A stretch of 64,000 nt of DNA, from the NCBI GenBank assembly GCA_035429805.1, contig DAOMFL010000003.1, positions 7,677-71,676 on the forward strand, in the 5' to 3' direction. The DNA is from Burkholderiaceae bacterium. Lineage in GTDB: Bacteria > Pseudomonadota > Gammaproteobacteria > Burkholderiales > Burkholderiaceae_F. The notes under the pieces were generated by a model. The model was not told where the DNA came from, did not search any database, and was given only the letters and a program-made list of their open reading frames with translations. Made by a program: the position numbers and the translations under genes. Below are positions 7,370 to 19,141 of this stretch, piece by piece (position 1 is the first letter of the stretch; every line of letters starts with the position of its first letter).

Positions 7370-9067
7370 ATGGCATCGCGCACCGGCGCCCGCCTCCTCG
7401 TCGACCAGCTGCTGATCCAGGGCGTGAATCAGGCGTTCTGCGTCCCGGGCGAGAGCTACCTCGCCGTCCTCGATGCCCTTTACGACGCGCGCGAGATGAT
7501 CAAGCTCATCGTCAATCGCCACGAGTCGGGTGCCGCCTACATGGCCGATGCCTACGCGCGGCTGACCGGGCAGCCCGGGGTCGTCTTCGTCACGCGCGGG
7601 CCCGGAGCAACGAATGCCTCGATCGGCGTCCATACAGCGTTTCAGGACTCGATCCCGCTGGTGATGTTCATCGGCCAGGTCGGCAACGAGTTTGCCGAGC
7701 GCGAGGCGTTCCAGGAGATCGACTATCGGCGCATGTTCGGGCCGATGACCAAGTGGGTCGCGCAGATCGACAGCGCCGCGCGCGTGCCGGAATTCGTCGC
7801 GCGCGCCTTCCAGACCGCGGCAAGCGGCAGACCGGGCCCGGTCGTGCTGGCGCTTCCGGAAGACATGCAGGCGCAGGTGGCGGATGTAAGCGACGCCTTG
7901 TGCCACCAGCCGGTGCAGGCGGCTCCGACGGACACGCAGATCGCGGGGATGCGGCGCCTGCTCGGCCGCGCGCGGCGCCCGCTGGTCATTGCAGGCGGCT
8001 CCGGCTGGACCGATGCCGCCTGTGACAACCTCAAGCGGTTTGCCGAGGCGAATTTCCTGCCAGTCGCGACCTCGTTCCGTTCCCAGGCCGTATTCGACAA
8101 CCGCCACCCGAACTACGTCGGCGACATCGGCATCGGCATCAATCCAAAGCTGGCGCAGCGCGTACGCGAAGCGGATCTGCTGATCGCCATCGGTCCGCGG
8201 CTCGGCGAGATGACGACATCGGGTTACACGCTGCTGACGGCGCCGGTGCCGTCACAGACGCTGGTGCACGTCCATGCGGGTGCCGAGGAACTCGGCCGTG
8301 TCTATCAGGCCACTCTCGCGATCAATGCCGGCATGCCGCAGTTCGCAGCGCGGCTGGCGATGATGATTCCGATCGAGGAACCGCCGTGGCGCGACGCACT
8401 GGTCGCGGCCCGCTCCGAGTACGAAGCCTGGCAGCAGCGGCCTGCGGTGTATGCGAATGCCCACCCGGCCCTCGACCTGTGGGAGGTCGTGCAGATCCTG
8501 CGGCGCGCCGTTCCGGAGGACGCGATCATCACCAACGGCGCCGGCAACTTCAGTGGGTGGGCCAACCGCTTCTGGCGCTACGCCGGGCTGCGCACCCAGC
8601 TCGCACCGACCTCGGGCAGCATGGGCTACGGCGTGCCGGCCGCCGTGGCCGCGAAGATCATTGCGCCGGAACGCACGGTGGTCTGCTTCGCCGGCGACGG
8701 CGACTTCATGATGACGGTGCAGGAACTCGCGACCGCGGTCCAGTACGGTGCCGGCGCGCTGTTCCTCGTCTTCAACAACGCGATGTACGGCACCATTCGC
8801 ATGCACCAGGAACGCGAGTTCCCCGGCCGGGAACACGGCACGCGGCTCGCCAATCCGGATTTCGCGCGCCTGGCGCAGTCCTTCGGCGCTTTCGGAGCGG
8901 CCGCGGGCACGACCGACGAGTTCGGCACAGCGCTGGCCCATGCGCTGGCTTTCATCCGCGAGAAGCACCTGCCGGCGCTGGTCGAACTACGCACCGACCC
9001 CGAAGTCATCACGCCGAACGCCACCCTGTCGGCGATACGCGCGACCGCGCGCCTGAACAGCCGCTAG
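7370..9067 (+). CDS. Thiamine-diphosphate-dependent enzyme, acetolactate-synthase-large-subunit-like
   Basis: 565 aa from ATG 7370. N-terminal ARLLVDQLLIQGVNQAFCVPGESYL; TPP/Mg motif GDGDFMM...NN. The upstream part of ORF 5897..9067 is non-coding shadow. Confidence 0.85.
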   Translation: MASRTGARLLVDQLLIQGVNQAFCVPGESYLAVLDALYDAREMIKLIVNRHESGAAYMADAYARLTGQPGVVFVTRGPGATNASIGVHTAFQDSIPLVMFIGQVGNEFAEREAFQEIDYRRMFGPMTKWVAQIDSAARVPEFVARAFQTAASGRPGPVVLALPEDMQAQVADVSDALCHQPVQAAPTDTQIAGMRRLLGRARRPLVIAGGSGWTDAACDNLKRFAEANFLPVATSFRSQAVFDNRHPNYVGDIGIGINPKLAQRVREADLLIAIGPRLGEMTTSGYTLLTAPVPSQTLVHVHAGAEELGRVYQATLAINAGMPQFAARLAMMIPIEEPPWRDALVAARSEYEAWQQRPAVYANAHPALDLWEVVQILRRAVPEDAIITNGAGNFSGWANRFWRYAGLRTQLAPTSGSMGYGVPAAVAAKIIAPERTVVCFAGDGDFMMTVQELATAVQYGAGALFLVFNNAMYGTIRMHQEREFPGREHGTRLANPDFARLAQSFGAFGAAAGTTDEFGTALAHALAFIREKHLPALVELRTDPEVITPNATLSAIRATARLNSR

Positions 9068-9079
9068 CGCGGCAGCAGC

Positions 9080-9424
9080 TCAGCCGACCTCGATCAGCTC
9101 GACCTCGAAGACCAGCGTCGCATTCGGCGGAATCACGCCGCCGGCACCGAATTCGCCGTAGCCCAGCCGCGGCGGAATCGTCAGCTTGCGCAGGCCACCG
9201 ACCTGCATGCCTTCCACCCCCTCGTCCCAGCCGGCAATCACCTGCCCGGCGCCGAGGCCGAAGGAAAAGGGCTGACCGCGGTCGCGGCTCGAATCGAACT
9301 TGCGGCCGTCGGTGAGCCAGCCGGTGTAGTGCACGGTGACGTCCTGTCCCGAACGCGCCTTCGCCCCGGTGCCGACGCGCACTTCTTCGTACTGCAGGCC
9401 ACTCGCAGTGGTGGTCAAGCTCAT
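9080..9424 (-). CDS. FKBP-type peptidyl-prolyl cis-trans isomerase
   Basis: 114 aa, ...[14 protein letters not shown]...[20 protein letters not shown]...[12 protein letters not shown]. Confidence 0.9.
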   Translation of the reverse strand: MSLTTTASGLQYEEVRVGTGAKARSGQDVTVHYTGWLTDGRKFDSSRDRGQPFSFGLGAGQVIAGWDEGVEGMQVGGLRKLTIPPRLGYGEFGAGGVIPPNATLVFEVELIEVG

Positions 9425-9699
9425 CGTTCTTTCCTCTCCGTTTCCAGTCCGGTGCGCAGCAATCTCTCGACCAGCTCGTTGAGCGGCTGGCCGGTTCGCC
9501 TAGACGTTTCGTGCAGCTCCTGCAGTAGCTCGCCCGGCAACTTGACCGCGAACGGTACCAGTCCGGCGGCGCGGTCGCGCTCGCGTTGCGCGCGCCGGTC
9601 CCCGGCCGCAGCCGTGTCGAACCGCGGCCCGGACTGGCGCAGCGCGTTGGCGATCTTCAGCCCCTTGCGTTTCTCGAGCTCCGTCTTCTTCATCGTCAT
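9421..9699 (-). CDS. Small basic protein with a possible ribbon-helix-helix C-terminal half
   Basis: 92 aa ([13 protein letters not shown]...). ATGA overlaps with both the upstream (9696-9699) and downstream (9421-9424) genes. [35 protein letters not shown] is RHH-like. Confidence 0.45.
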   Translation of the reverse strand: MTMKKTELEKRKGLKIANALRQSGPRFDTAAAGDRRAQRERDRAAGLVPFAVKLPGELLQELHETSRRTGQPLNELVERLLRTGLETERKER

Positions 9700-10676
9700 C
9701 GCAGATACTCCCGAGCGTGGTCCTGCGCATAGGCGCGCAGGATCGACTCGATGTCGCGGTCCGCGGTGAACCCGAGCGCAAGCGCGCGCGCCGCATCGAA
9801 GCGCGCCGGCCAGCCGTAGACGATCTTCGCGATCCGCTCGTCGGGCACGAAACGCACACGCTGCACGGCCGCTTCGCCGCCGACCTTGCTCAGTGCATCG
9901 AGCATCTCGCGTACCGACACGGTGAGGCCCGGCAGGCTGACCGCGCGCTGCCGGCCCCAGGCCACGGACGGCGACTCGTGCGCATGGATCAGGTTGCGCA
10001 CGGCCTGCGCCGGCGACATGACCCATAGCCGCGTGTCGGGCCCGACCGGACACAGCGCCTCCTCACCCGCCAGCGGTTCGCGCAGGATGCCGCTGGCGAA
10101 GCTCGACGCCGCCGCATTGGGCTTGCCCGGCCGCACGACGATTGTCGGCAGCCGCACCGCGCGCCCGTCGAGGAAGCCGCGCCGCGTGCAATCGCCCATC
10201 AGCAGTTCGCCGACCAGCTTCTGCACGCCATAGCTCGACTGAGGCGCCGGGATCGTCTGATCCTGCACCACGTCCGGCAGGTCGCCCCCGAACACCGCGA
10301 CCGAGCTCGCGAACACGAAGGTCGGCGGCGCGAGTTGCGCGCGGCAGGCGTCGAGCAGCGCGCGCGTACCGTCGACATTGACGCGCATGCCGAGGTCGTA
10401 GTCGGCCTCGGCCGCGCCCGACACCACCGCCGCCAGGTGGAACACGCTGTCGGCGCCAGCCATCGCTTCGGACACGACGGCGCGATCGGCAAGGTCGCCC
10501 TGGACGTAGCGCACGCGCGGGTCGGAGAACTCACCGGCCGCGCGCTGGGTGTCGAGCGCGGTGATACCGGTGATGGCGCGCGGCTCGCCGTCCCGCTGCA
10601 GCGTGCCGCGCTCGACCAGGGCACGGATCAGGCGCTGGCCGAGGAACCCCGACCCGCCGGTAATGACGACCTTCAT
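9696..10676 (-). CDS. NAD-dependent epimerase/dehydratase family protein (extended SDR)
   Basis: [16 protein letters not shown] Rossmann motif. ATG 10676 overlaps the stop of the upstream gene (ATGA). Confidence 0.85.
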   Translation of the reverse strand: MKVVITGGSGFLGQRLIRALVERGTLQRDGEPRAITGITALDTQRAAGEFSDPRVRYVQGDLADRAVVSEAMAGADSVFHLAAVVSGAAEADYDLGMRVNVDGTRALLDACRAQLAPPTFVFASSVAVFGGDLPDVVQDQTIPAPQSSYGVQKLVGELLMGDCTRRGFLDGRAVRLPTIVVRPGKPNAAASSFASGILREPLAGEEALCPVGPDTRLWVMSPAQAVRNLIHAHESPSVAWGRQRAVSLPGLTVSVREMLDALSKVGGEAAVQRVRFVPDERIAKIVYGWPARFDAARALALGFTADRDIESILRAYAQDHAREYLR

Positions 10677-11461
10677 GACGTGCTGCACTCCTCTCGCGTC
10701 CGCTGTCCGGCCCGCAACGGCCGGAACACGGCGGTGTCATCGTAGTCAATCGGGCTGGCGCTCCTACTCCAGCCCGGCACGCCGAGCACAGGCAGAGGCA
10801 GGAACGCCGAGGTATCGAAATTTTCGTCGAGCCGCCTGGCCAACCGAGCATCCACCTCGGCTTGCGGCGTATCCGCCCGCAGCTCGACGACGAGCGCGTG
10901 TGCGGTGATCGACTTGTAGGGGGCGACGAGCTTGTCCATCAGCGCATGTCCGAAGACGAGCACACGGACCGAATCCCAAATGTCTCGGTGCTCGACGAAC
11001 GCGGCCTTCCAGCGGCGCTCGCGCAGCAGCGCAGGCAGCACCGGATCGGCGGTCACCAGCAGAGCGCCGTTCTCGTCGAACAGGGTTGCGGCGTCGCGCA
11101 GCGGGCCGCGCCGGCCACCGATGCCGTCGCGCTCGATCGCGGCGGCATGCAATGCGTTGAGGCGCGCTTTGGTGCGCGGAAACGCGAGCCATGCGAGTGC
11201 GTTGAAGAGATCGTGCCGGTTGAGTCGCGTCGGAACGCGGCCGGTCGCGGCAATGTGCGACTCGTAAGCGCGGCCCGCCGGGGCGTCGTCGGCCGCGACG
11301 AATTCGATCGGCCAGCCGGAGGCTGTTGTGACGTTTCGCTCAGCGGCGCGGCGGGTCAGCTGAACGATGGGCTCGCGCGTCGCTACGCCTCCGCGCAGCG
11401 CAGCCACCGCGCCGAACCACGGCTGCGACCAGTCGACCGCGCTCAGGCTGCCAGCGTCCAC
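10673..11461 (-). CDS. DUF3025-like protein
   Basis: 262-aa ORF with coding bias. Family assigned from memory of DUF3025 sequences. GTG start at 11461 overlaps the pyrC end by 19 nt, so the start is uncertain. Confidence 0.5.
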   Translation of the reverse strand: MDAGSLSAVDWSQPWFGAVAALRGGVATREPIVQLTRRAAERNVTTASGWPIEFVAADDAPAGRAYESHIAATGRVPTRLNRHDLFNALAWLAFPRTKARLNALHAAAIERDGIGGRRGPLRDAATLFDENGALLVTADPVLPALLRERRWKAAFVEHRDIWDSVRVLVFGHALMDKLVAPYKSITAHALVVELRADTPQAEVDARLARRLDENFDTSAFLPLPVLGVPGWSRSASPIDYDDTAVFRPLRAGQRTREECSTS

Positions 11462-12492
11462 CGCAGCGATTCGCCCGCGCGCAGCGGTACGACGGTGGTT
11501 TCGCCGAACGGCAGCTCGGTCGGTACCTTTGCCGCCCGACGCTGCAGCGTCACCGAGCCGCGGTTGCGCGGCAGGCCGTAAAAGTCCGCACCGAAGTGGC
11601 TGGCAAACGCCTCGAGCCGTTCGGGCCGGCCTGCGTCCTCGAAGGCTTCGGCGTAGAGCTCGAGCGCGTTCAGTGCCGTGTAGCAGCCGGCGCAGCCGCA
11701 GGCGGTTTCCTTCTCGCCTTTCGGGTGCGGCGCCGAGTCGGTACCGAGGAAGAAGCGCGGGTTGCCGCTGGTGGCCGCTTCGACCAGCGCCTGGCGGTGC
11801 ACTTCCCGCTTCAGCACCGGCAGGCAGTAGTAATGCGGTCGCAGGCCGGCCCTGCCGGCGGCCGTCATGAAGATCGCATTGCGGTTGTAGAGCAGGTGGT
11901 GCGCGGTGATCGTTGCAGCGAGCGGGCCTTCGGCATCGCGCACGTACTGCGCGGCGTCACGCGTCGTGATGTGCTCGAACACCACCTTCAATGCCGGGAA
12001 ATCACGCCGCAGCGGCTCCATCACGTCATCGATGAACGCCCGCTCACGGTCGAACACGTCGACGCTGGCGCGCGTGACTTCGCCGTGCACCAGCAGCGGC
12101 AGGCCGACCGCCTGCATCGCTTCCAGCGCCGCTCGCGGCTTGCGGATGTCGGTGACGCCGGAATCGGAGTTGGTCGTCGCGCCGGCCGGGTAGAGCTTGA
12201 CGCCGTGGACGATGCCGCTCTCCCTGGCGCGCCGGATCTCGTCCGTCGGCGTGTTGTCCGTCAGGTAGAGCGTCATCAGCGGCTCGAACGCGAGCCCTTT
12301 TGGCAGCGCCGCCTTGATGCGCGTGCGATACGCCTCCGCCTCGGCGGTTGTCGTCACCGGCGGCTTGAGGTTCGGCATCACGATCGCGCGCGCGAACTGC
12401 CGCGCGGTGTGCGGCAGCACGGCGGCCATGGCATCGCCGTCGCGCAGATGCAGGTGCCAGTCGTCCGGACGGGTGATTGTCAGTGTGTCCAT
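11443..12492 (-). CDS. pyrC: Dihydroorotase, homodimeric type
   Basis: 349 aa, [19 protein letters not shown]...AIVMPNL...: class II PyrC signature. Confidence 0.9.
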   Translation of the reverse strand: MDTLTITRPDDWHLHLRDGDAMAAVLPHTARQFARAIVMPNLKPPVTTTAEAEAYRTRIKAALPKGLAFEPLMTLYLTDNTPTDEIRRARESGIVHGVKLYPAGATTNSDSGVTDIRKPRAALEAMQAVGLPLLVHGEVTRASVDVFDRERAFIDDVMEPLRRDFPALKVVFEHITTRDAAQYVRDAEGPLAATITAHHLLYNRNAIFMTAAGRAGLRPHYYCLPVLKREVHRQALVEAATSGNPRFFLGTDSAPHPKGEKETACGCAGCYTALNALELYAEAFEDAGRPERLEAFASHFGADFYGLPRNRGSVTLQRRAAKVPTELPFGETTVVPLRAGESLRWTLAA

Positions 12493-12500
12493 CGTCGCGA

Positions 12501-12995
12501 TTATCGCAATCCGGCTTCAGGCACCGGGATGCCGACGTCCCGCTTGACCTCACTCAGTGAAAAGCTCGAATACATCTCCTTGACGCCGGGCAGCGCGCGG
12601 ATCGTGTCCCGTGCGAAGCGACCGAAACTTTCGAGGTCGGCCGCGACCACGCGCAGCAGGAAATCGTAGCGGCCCGACACGTTGTGGCACTCGAGTATCT
12701 GCGGAATGGCGCGCACCTGATCCTCGAAGGCGCGGCCGGCCGCCGGCGTGTGCCTCTCCAGCATCACACTGACGAAGGCGGTGACGCCCCAGCCCAGACG
12801 CGCAGCGTCGAGGCGGGCATGGTAGGCGCGCACATAGCCCTCATCCTCCAGCCGCCGCAGCCGGCGCCACGCCGGCGCTGTCGTCAGGGCCACGCGCTCG
12901 GCAAGCTCGGTCGTCGAGAGCCGCGCATCAGCCTGCAGCAGCGCGAGCAGCCGCAGGTCGGTGCGGTCGAGCGCCGCCTCAGGCTCAGCCTGCAT
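12501..12995 (-). CDS. Lrp/AsnC family transcriptional regulator (MdeR-like by synteny)
   Basis: [50 protein letters not shown] plus an AsnC ligand domain. Start at ATG 12995; alternative ATG 13040. Divergent from the methionine gamma-lyase gene. Confidence 0.85.
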   Translation of the reverse strand: MQAEPEAALDRTDLRLLALLQADARLSTTELAERVALTTAPAWRRLRRLEDEGYVRAYHARLDAARLGWGVTAFVSVMLERHTPAAGRAFEDQVRAIPQILECHNVSGRYDFLLRVVAADLESFGRFARDTIRALPGVKEMYSSFSLSEVKRDVGIPVPEAGLR

Positions 12996-13138
12996 TTTCT
13001 TTGCTCTTAAATTGCCAGTTTCGTGTTTTCGTTGCGCCATTTCGTCGCTTTCCAGCAAAAATAGCAAAGCATTTCCCCCACGTGCACTCTAGCATTTCTC
13101 CATCGGCAGCCGCTGCCGCCACCGAACCGGAGATCACG
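12996..13138. promoter_or_regulatory. AT-rich divergent promoter/operator region between the Lrp-family gene and the gamma-lyase gene
   Basis: The most AT-rich stretch of the window (..TTTTCTTTGCTCTTAAATTGCC.., GCTTTCCAGCAAAAATAGCAAAGC imperfect inverted repeat). Confidence 0.4.
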
Positions 13139-14392
13139 ATGACCACGCCTGCCCGCCGCTGCGGCTTCTCTACCCGCGCGATCCATCACGGCCATGACCC
13201 GCTGGAACATCAGGGCGCGCTGGTACCGCCGCTGCATCTTTCGGCGACCTTCGCATTTCCCACGACCGACTACGGCATGCGGATCTTCAGCGGCGAGCAG
13301 GCCGGCTACACCTACACGCGCATCGCCAATCCGACGCTCGCGCTGCTCGAATCGCGACTGGCTGACCTCGAAGGCGGTGCCGCGGCGGTGGTGTTCGGTT
13401 CGGGGATGGGAGCGATCACGTCGACACTGTGGACGCTGCTCGCGCCGGGTGACGAGGTGCTGGTCGACACGACGCTGTACGGCTGCACCTTTGCGTTCCT
13501 GCACCACGGCATCGGCCGCTACGGCGTGACCGTGCGCCACGTCGACATGACGGATGCCGCCCACGTGGCGGCCGCCATCTCGCCGCGCACGCGACTCATC
13601 TACTTCGAGTCGCCGGCCAACCCGAACATGCGCCTTGTCGACATCGCGGCGGTGGCGGCGATCGCAAGATCGGCCGGGGTGCCCGTTGCGGTCGACAACA
13701 CGTACTGCACACCGTACCTGCAGCGGCCGCTCGAGTTCGGCGCCGATATCGTGCTGCACTCGGCCACGAAGTATCTCGGCGGCCACGGCGACCTGATGGC
13801 GGGCGCCGCGGTCTTCCGCGACGCCGGACTCGCGCAGCGCGTGCGCATGCAGGGGCTGAAGGACATGACCGGAGCCGTCCTGTCGCCGCAGGACGCCTTC
13901 CTGGTGCTGCGCGGCCTGAAGACCCTCGCATTGCGAATGCAGCGCCATTGCGACAACGCGCTCGCAATCGCCGAACTGCTGGCGGTGCATCCTGCGGTCG
14001 ATGCGGTCCACTATCCCGGCCTGCCGGGTTTCGCGCAGCACGCGCTGGCGCGCCGCCAGATGGCGCGCGCCGGCGGCATGGTCGCCTTCGAGCTGAAGGG
14101 TGGATTTGAAGCCGGGCGGCGCTTCATGGACGCGCTGTCACTGGTCACGCGCGCGGTGAGTCTTGGCGACGCCGAGACGCTGGCGCAGCACCCGGCCAGC
14201 ATGACGCATTCGACCTACAGCGCCGAGGAGCGCCGCGCGCACGGCATCAGCGAAGGGCTGGTGCGTCTGTCGGCCGGGCTGGAGGACTTCGACGATCTGC
14301 GCGTCGACCTCCTCCGGGCACTCGAGGTGGCCACGGAGCCGTCCCGGCGCCGCGTGACCGGCGCGGTCAGCACGGCTGACGCAGGGGGATAA
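13139..14392 (+). CDS. mdeA: Methionine gamma-lyase (Cys/Met-metabolism PLP enzyme)
   Basis: 417 aa, GGAG RBS, PLP-lysine motif HSATKYLGGHGD. Lyase rather than synthase is inferred from the Lrp plus E1 gene context. Confidence 0.8.
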   Translation: MTTPARRCGFSTRAIHHGHDPLEHQGALVPPLHLSATFAFPTTDYGMRIFSGEQAGYTYTRIANPTLALLESRLADLEGGAAAVVFGSGMGAITSTLWTLLAPGDEVLVDTTLYGCTFAFLHHGIGRYGVTVRHVDMTDAAHVAAAISPRTRLIYFESPANPNMRLVDIAAVAAIARSAGVPVAVDNTYCTPYLQRPLEFGADIVLHSATKYLGGHGDLMAGAAVFRDAGLAQRVRMQGLKDMTGAVLSPQDAFLVLRGLKTLALRMQRHCDNALAIAELLAVHPAVDAVHYPGLPGFAQHALARRQMARAGGMVAFELKGGFEAGRRFMDALSLVTRAVSLGDAETLAQHPASMTHSTYSAEERRAHGISEGLVRLSAGLEDFDDLRVDLLRALEVATEPSRRRVTGAVSTADAGG

Positions 14393-14426
14393 TCCCCAAT
14401 CCTCCGCCCGACTCCGAGGCAGGCCG

Positions 14427-17189
<2,763 letters not shown>

Positions 17190-17494
17190 TACGTCGATCA
17201 GTCCGGGCACCGATAGGTGCATTCCGAGCGGAAGCGATCGGAGCAGCACTCGCACCGCACTGACCTCATTTAAGCCGCCCGCCGGTTGCTCCGGCTGAGA
17301 GCCGAAAATTCCACACTCGCTGTGCGGCGCGCGCCACGCCGCTGGCGTCGTTTAGTCCGTCGTCACCGTCGCTGCTCCTCCGTACGCTGCCTCTCCATGC
17401 CGGCAGCCTTGCCGGCTAAGTCGAGCGGCCCAATGGCCGATCGTCTTTCAACCGCATTCGCGGCTGCCACGTGCAGTCCGCCAGGAGCTCACGA

Positions 17495-17800
17495 ATGAAC
17501 CGCTTTGCATTGCAGTTGCTCGCGGCGACGACTGCCGCCGCCTTGGCGTTGAGTGCCGTGCACGCCTCCGAATCGACGTGGCGCGGCGAGAACGACGAGT
17601 ACTACGCCTCGACCGACGACACCCCGGTCTACGTCCCGTTCGAACAGGACTTTCCGGCATCGGACGGTCCGGACGCCGCGCTGCTGTCCGACCTGCCGGC
17701 CGACTACTACTCTGAACCGACACTCCCGACGGTGTCGGATTTCGGCGACGACGCTCCACCTTTGATGATCGCGAGCCTGGACCCTCTGGAAGCGCCGTAA
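17495..17800 (+). CDS. Small secreted acidic Pro/Asp-rich protein, unknown function
   Basis: 101 aa from ATG 17495 (AGGAG RBS). Signal peptide ...LSAVHA|SES. Low-complexity acidic mature part. Confidence 0.45.
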   Translation: MNRFALQLLAATTAAALALSAVHASESTWRGENDEYYASTDDTPVYVPFEQDFPASDGPDAALLSDLPADYYSEPTLPTVSDFGDDAPPLMIASLDPLEAP

Positions 17801-17851
17801 CGCAAGCCTGGCGCAGCCCGTGCCGCGGCAGCGCGCACGCCAGCGAGCGTG

Positions 17852-19141
17852 TCAGCCGACGAGGATCACGCGGTAGTCGTTGACGTTGGTCCGTGTCGGC
17901 CCCGTAACGATCAGCGTCCCGGCCGCCGCAAAGTAGCCCCACGCGTCGTGGGCGTCGAGCGCAGTGCGCGCAGCGACGCCTGCACGCGCAGCGCGCTCCG
18001 CGGTGTCCGGCGCGCACCACGCACCTGCGTTGTCTTCGCTGCCGTCGATGCCGTCGGTGTCGGCCGCAAGCGCGTAGACATCTGGAAAATTTTCAAGCTC
18101 GACGGCCAGCGACAGCAGGAATTCGCTGCACCGTCCGCCGCGACCCCGCACCCCCCGCGGCAGCGTCACCGTGCATTCGCCGCCCGAGATCAGCGCGACC
18201 GGGGGCGCAAATGGCGCCGCGTGCGCGCGGATCTCGCGCACCAGCGCGGCGTAGACCTTCGCCACCTCGCGCGCCTCGCCGGTCACGGTGTCGCCGAGGA
18301 TGACCGGTGTGATGCCGGCGTCGCGAAACACGCCGGCCGCGGCGACCAGCGACGAGCGCGCCGTCGCGATGATGCGGTTCTCGACCGGGTCCAGGCGCGG
18401 GTCCCCGGGCTTGGGCGTCTCGGCGATTTCGCCACGCTCACCGCGCGCGAGGCGCGTGGCGACGCTGTGCGGAGGCGTGACTTTCCAGCGGCGCAGCACC
18501 GCCGTTGCGTCGGCAAACGTGCTCGGATCCGCAGCGCATGGCCCGGAGGCGATATCCGCCGGCGCGTCGCCGGTGACATCGGACACGATGAGTGCGCAGA
18601 CCTGCGCGCCCCGCGTTGCGGCGGACAGTGCCAGCTGACCACCGGCGATGCGTGACAGGTGCTTGCGCACGACGTTCATCTGCTCGATCGGGGCACCGCT
18701 CGCCAGCAGATCGCGCGTGACCTGCTTCAGGTCCGCCATCGGCACATCGACGGCCGGCAGCGAGAGCAGGCTCGAGCCGCCGCCGGAAATGAGCGCCAGC
18801 AGAAGATCGCCCGGGTTGAGCGATCCGGCGCGCGTGAGGATCTCCTCGGCGGCGGCGGCGCCGGCCTCGTCGGGAACCGGGTGGCCGGCCTCGACGACAC
18901 GGATGTCCCGGGTCGGCAGGCCATGCGCATACCGGGTGATCACCACGCCGTCGAGCTCAACATCGGACCAGGCCCGCTCGACGGCGGCCGCCATGCTTGC
19001 CGCCGCCTTGCCCGCGCCGACAACAACGGCCCGCCGCGGCCGGTCCGGCAGGTGCTGCGCCAGCATCTGCAGCGGATCCGCTGCTGCGACGGCCGCGTCG
19101 TAGCTGGCGCGCAGCAGGTCAACCTGCGTCATCGCCGTCAT
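17852..19141 (-). CDS. Glycerate 2-kinase / hydroxypyruvate-reductase-like (DUF4147 + MOFRL family)
   Basis: 429 aa from ATG 19141. Motifs VVVGAGKAAASMA, LISGGGSSLL, ISGGECTVT, DTDGIDG. The rest of ORF 17852..20773 is shadow frame. Confidence 0.85.
   Translation of the reverse strand: MTAMTQVDLLRASYDAAVAAADPLQMLAQHLPDRPRRAVVVGAGKAAASMAAAVERAWSDVELDGVVITRYAHGLPTRDIRVVEAGHPVPDEAGAAAAEEILTRAGSLNPGDLLLALISGGGSSLLSLPAVDVPMADLKQVTRDLLASGAPIEQMNVVRKHLSRIAGGQLALSAATRGAQVCALIVSDVTGDAPADIASGPCAADPSTFADATAVLRRWKVTPPHSVATRLARGERGEIAETPKPGDPRLDPVENRIIATARSSLVAAAGVFRDAGITPVILGDTVTGEAREVAKVYAALVREIRAHAAPFAPPVALISGGECTVTLPRGVRGRGGRCSEFLLSLAVELENFPDVYALAADTDGIDGSEDNAGAWCAPDTAERAARAGVAARTALDAHDAWGYFAAAGTLIVTGPTRTNVNDYRVILVG

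Noticed and set aside
5897-9067. 1056-aa ORF
   Set aside because: The N-terminal 490 codons run antisense through the aldo-keto reductase and DUF4404-like genes and across the membrane-protein gene. TPP-enzyme similarity starts at ATG 7370.
9421-9699. RHH-like small ORF as the antitoxin of a toxin-antitoxin pair
   Set aside because: Neither neighbour (an epimerase/dehydratase and an FKBP isomerase) resembles a toxin, and the gene is embedded in a housekeeping string.
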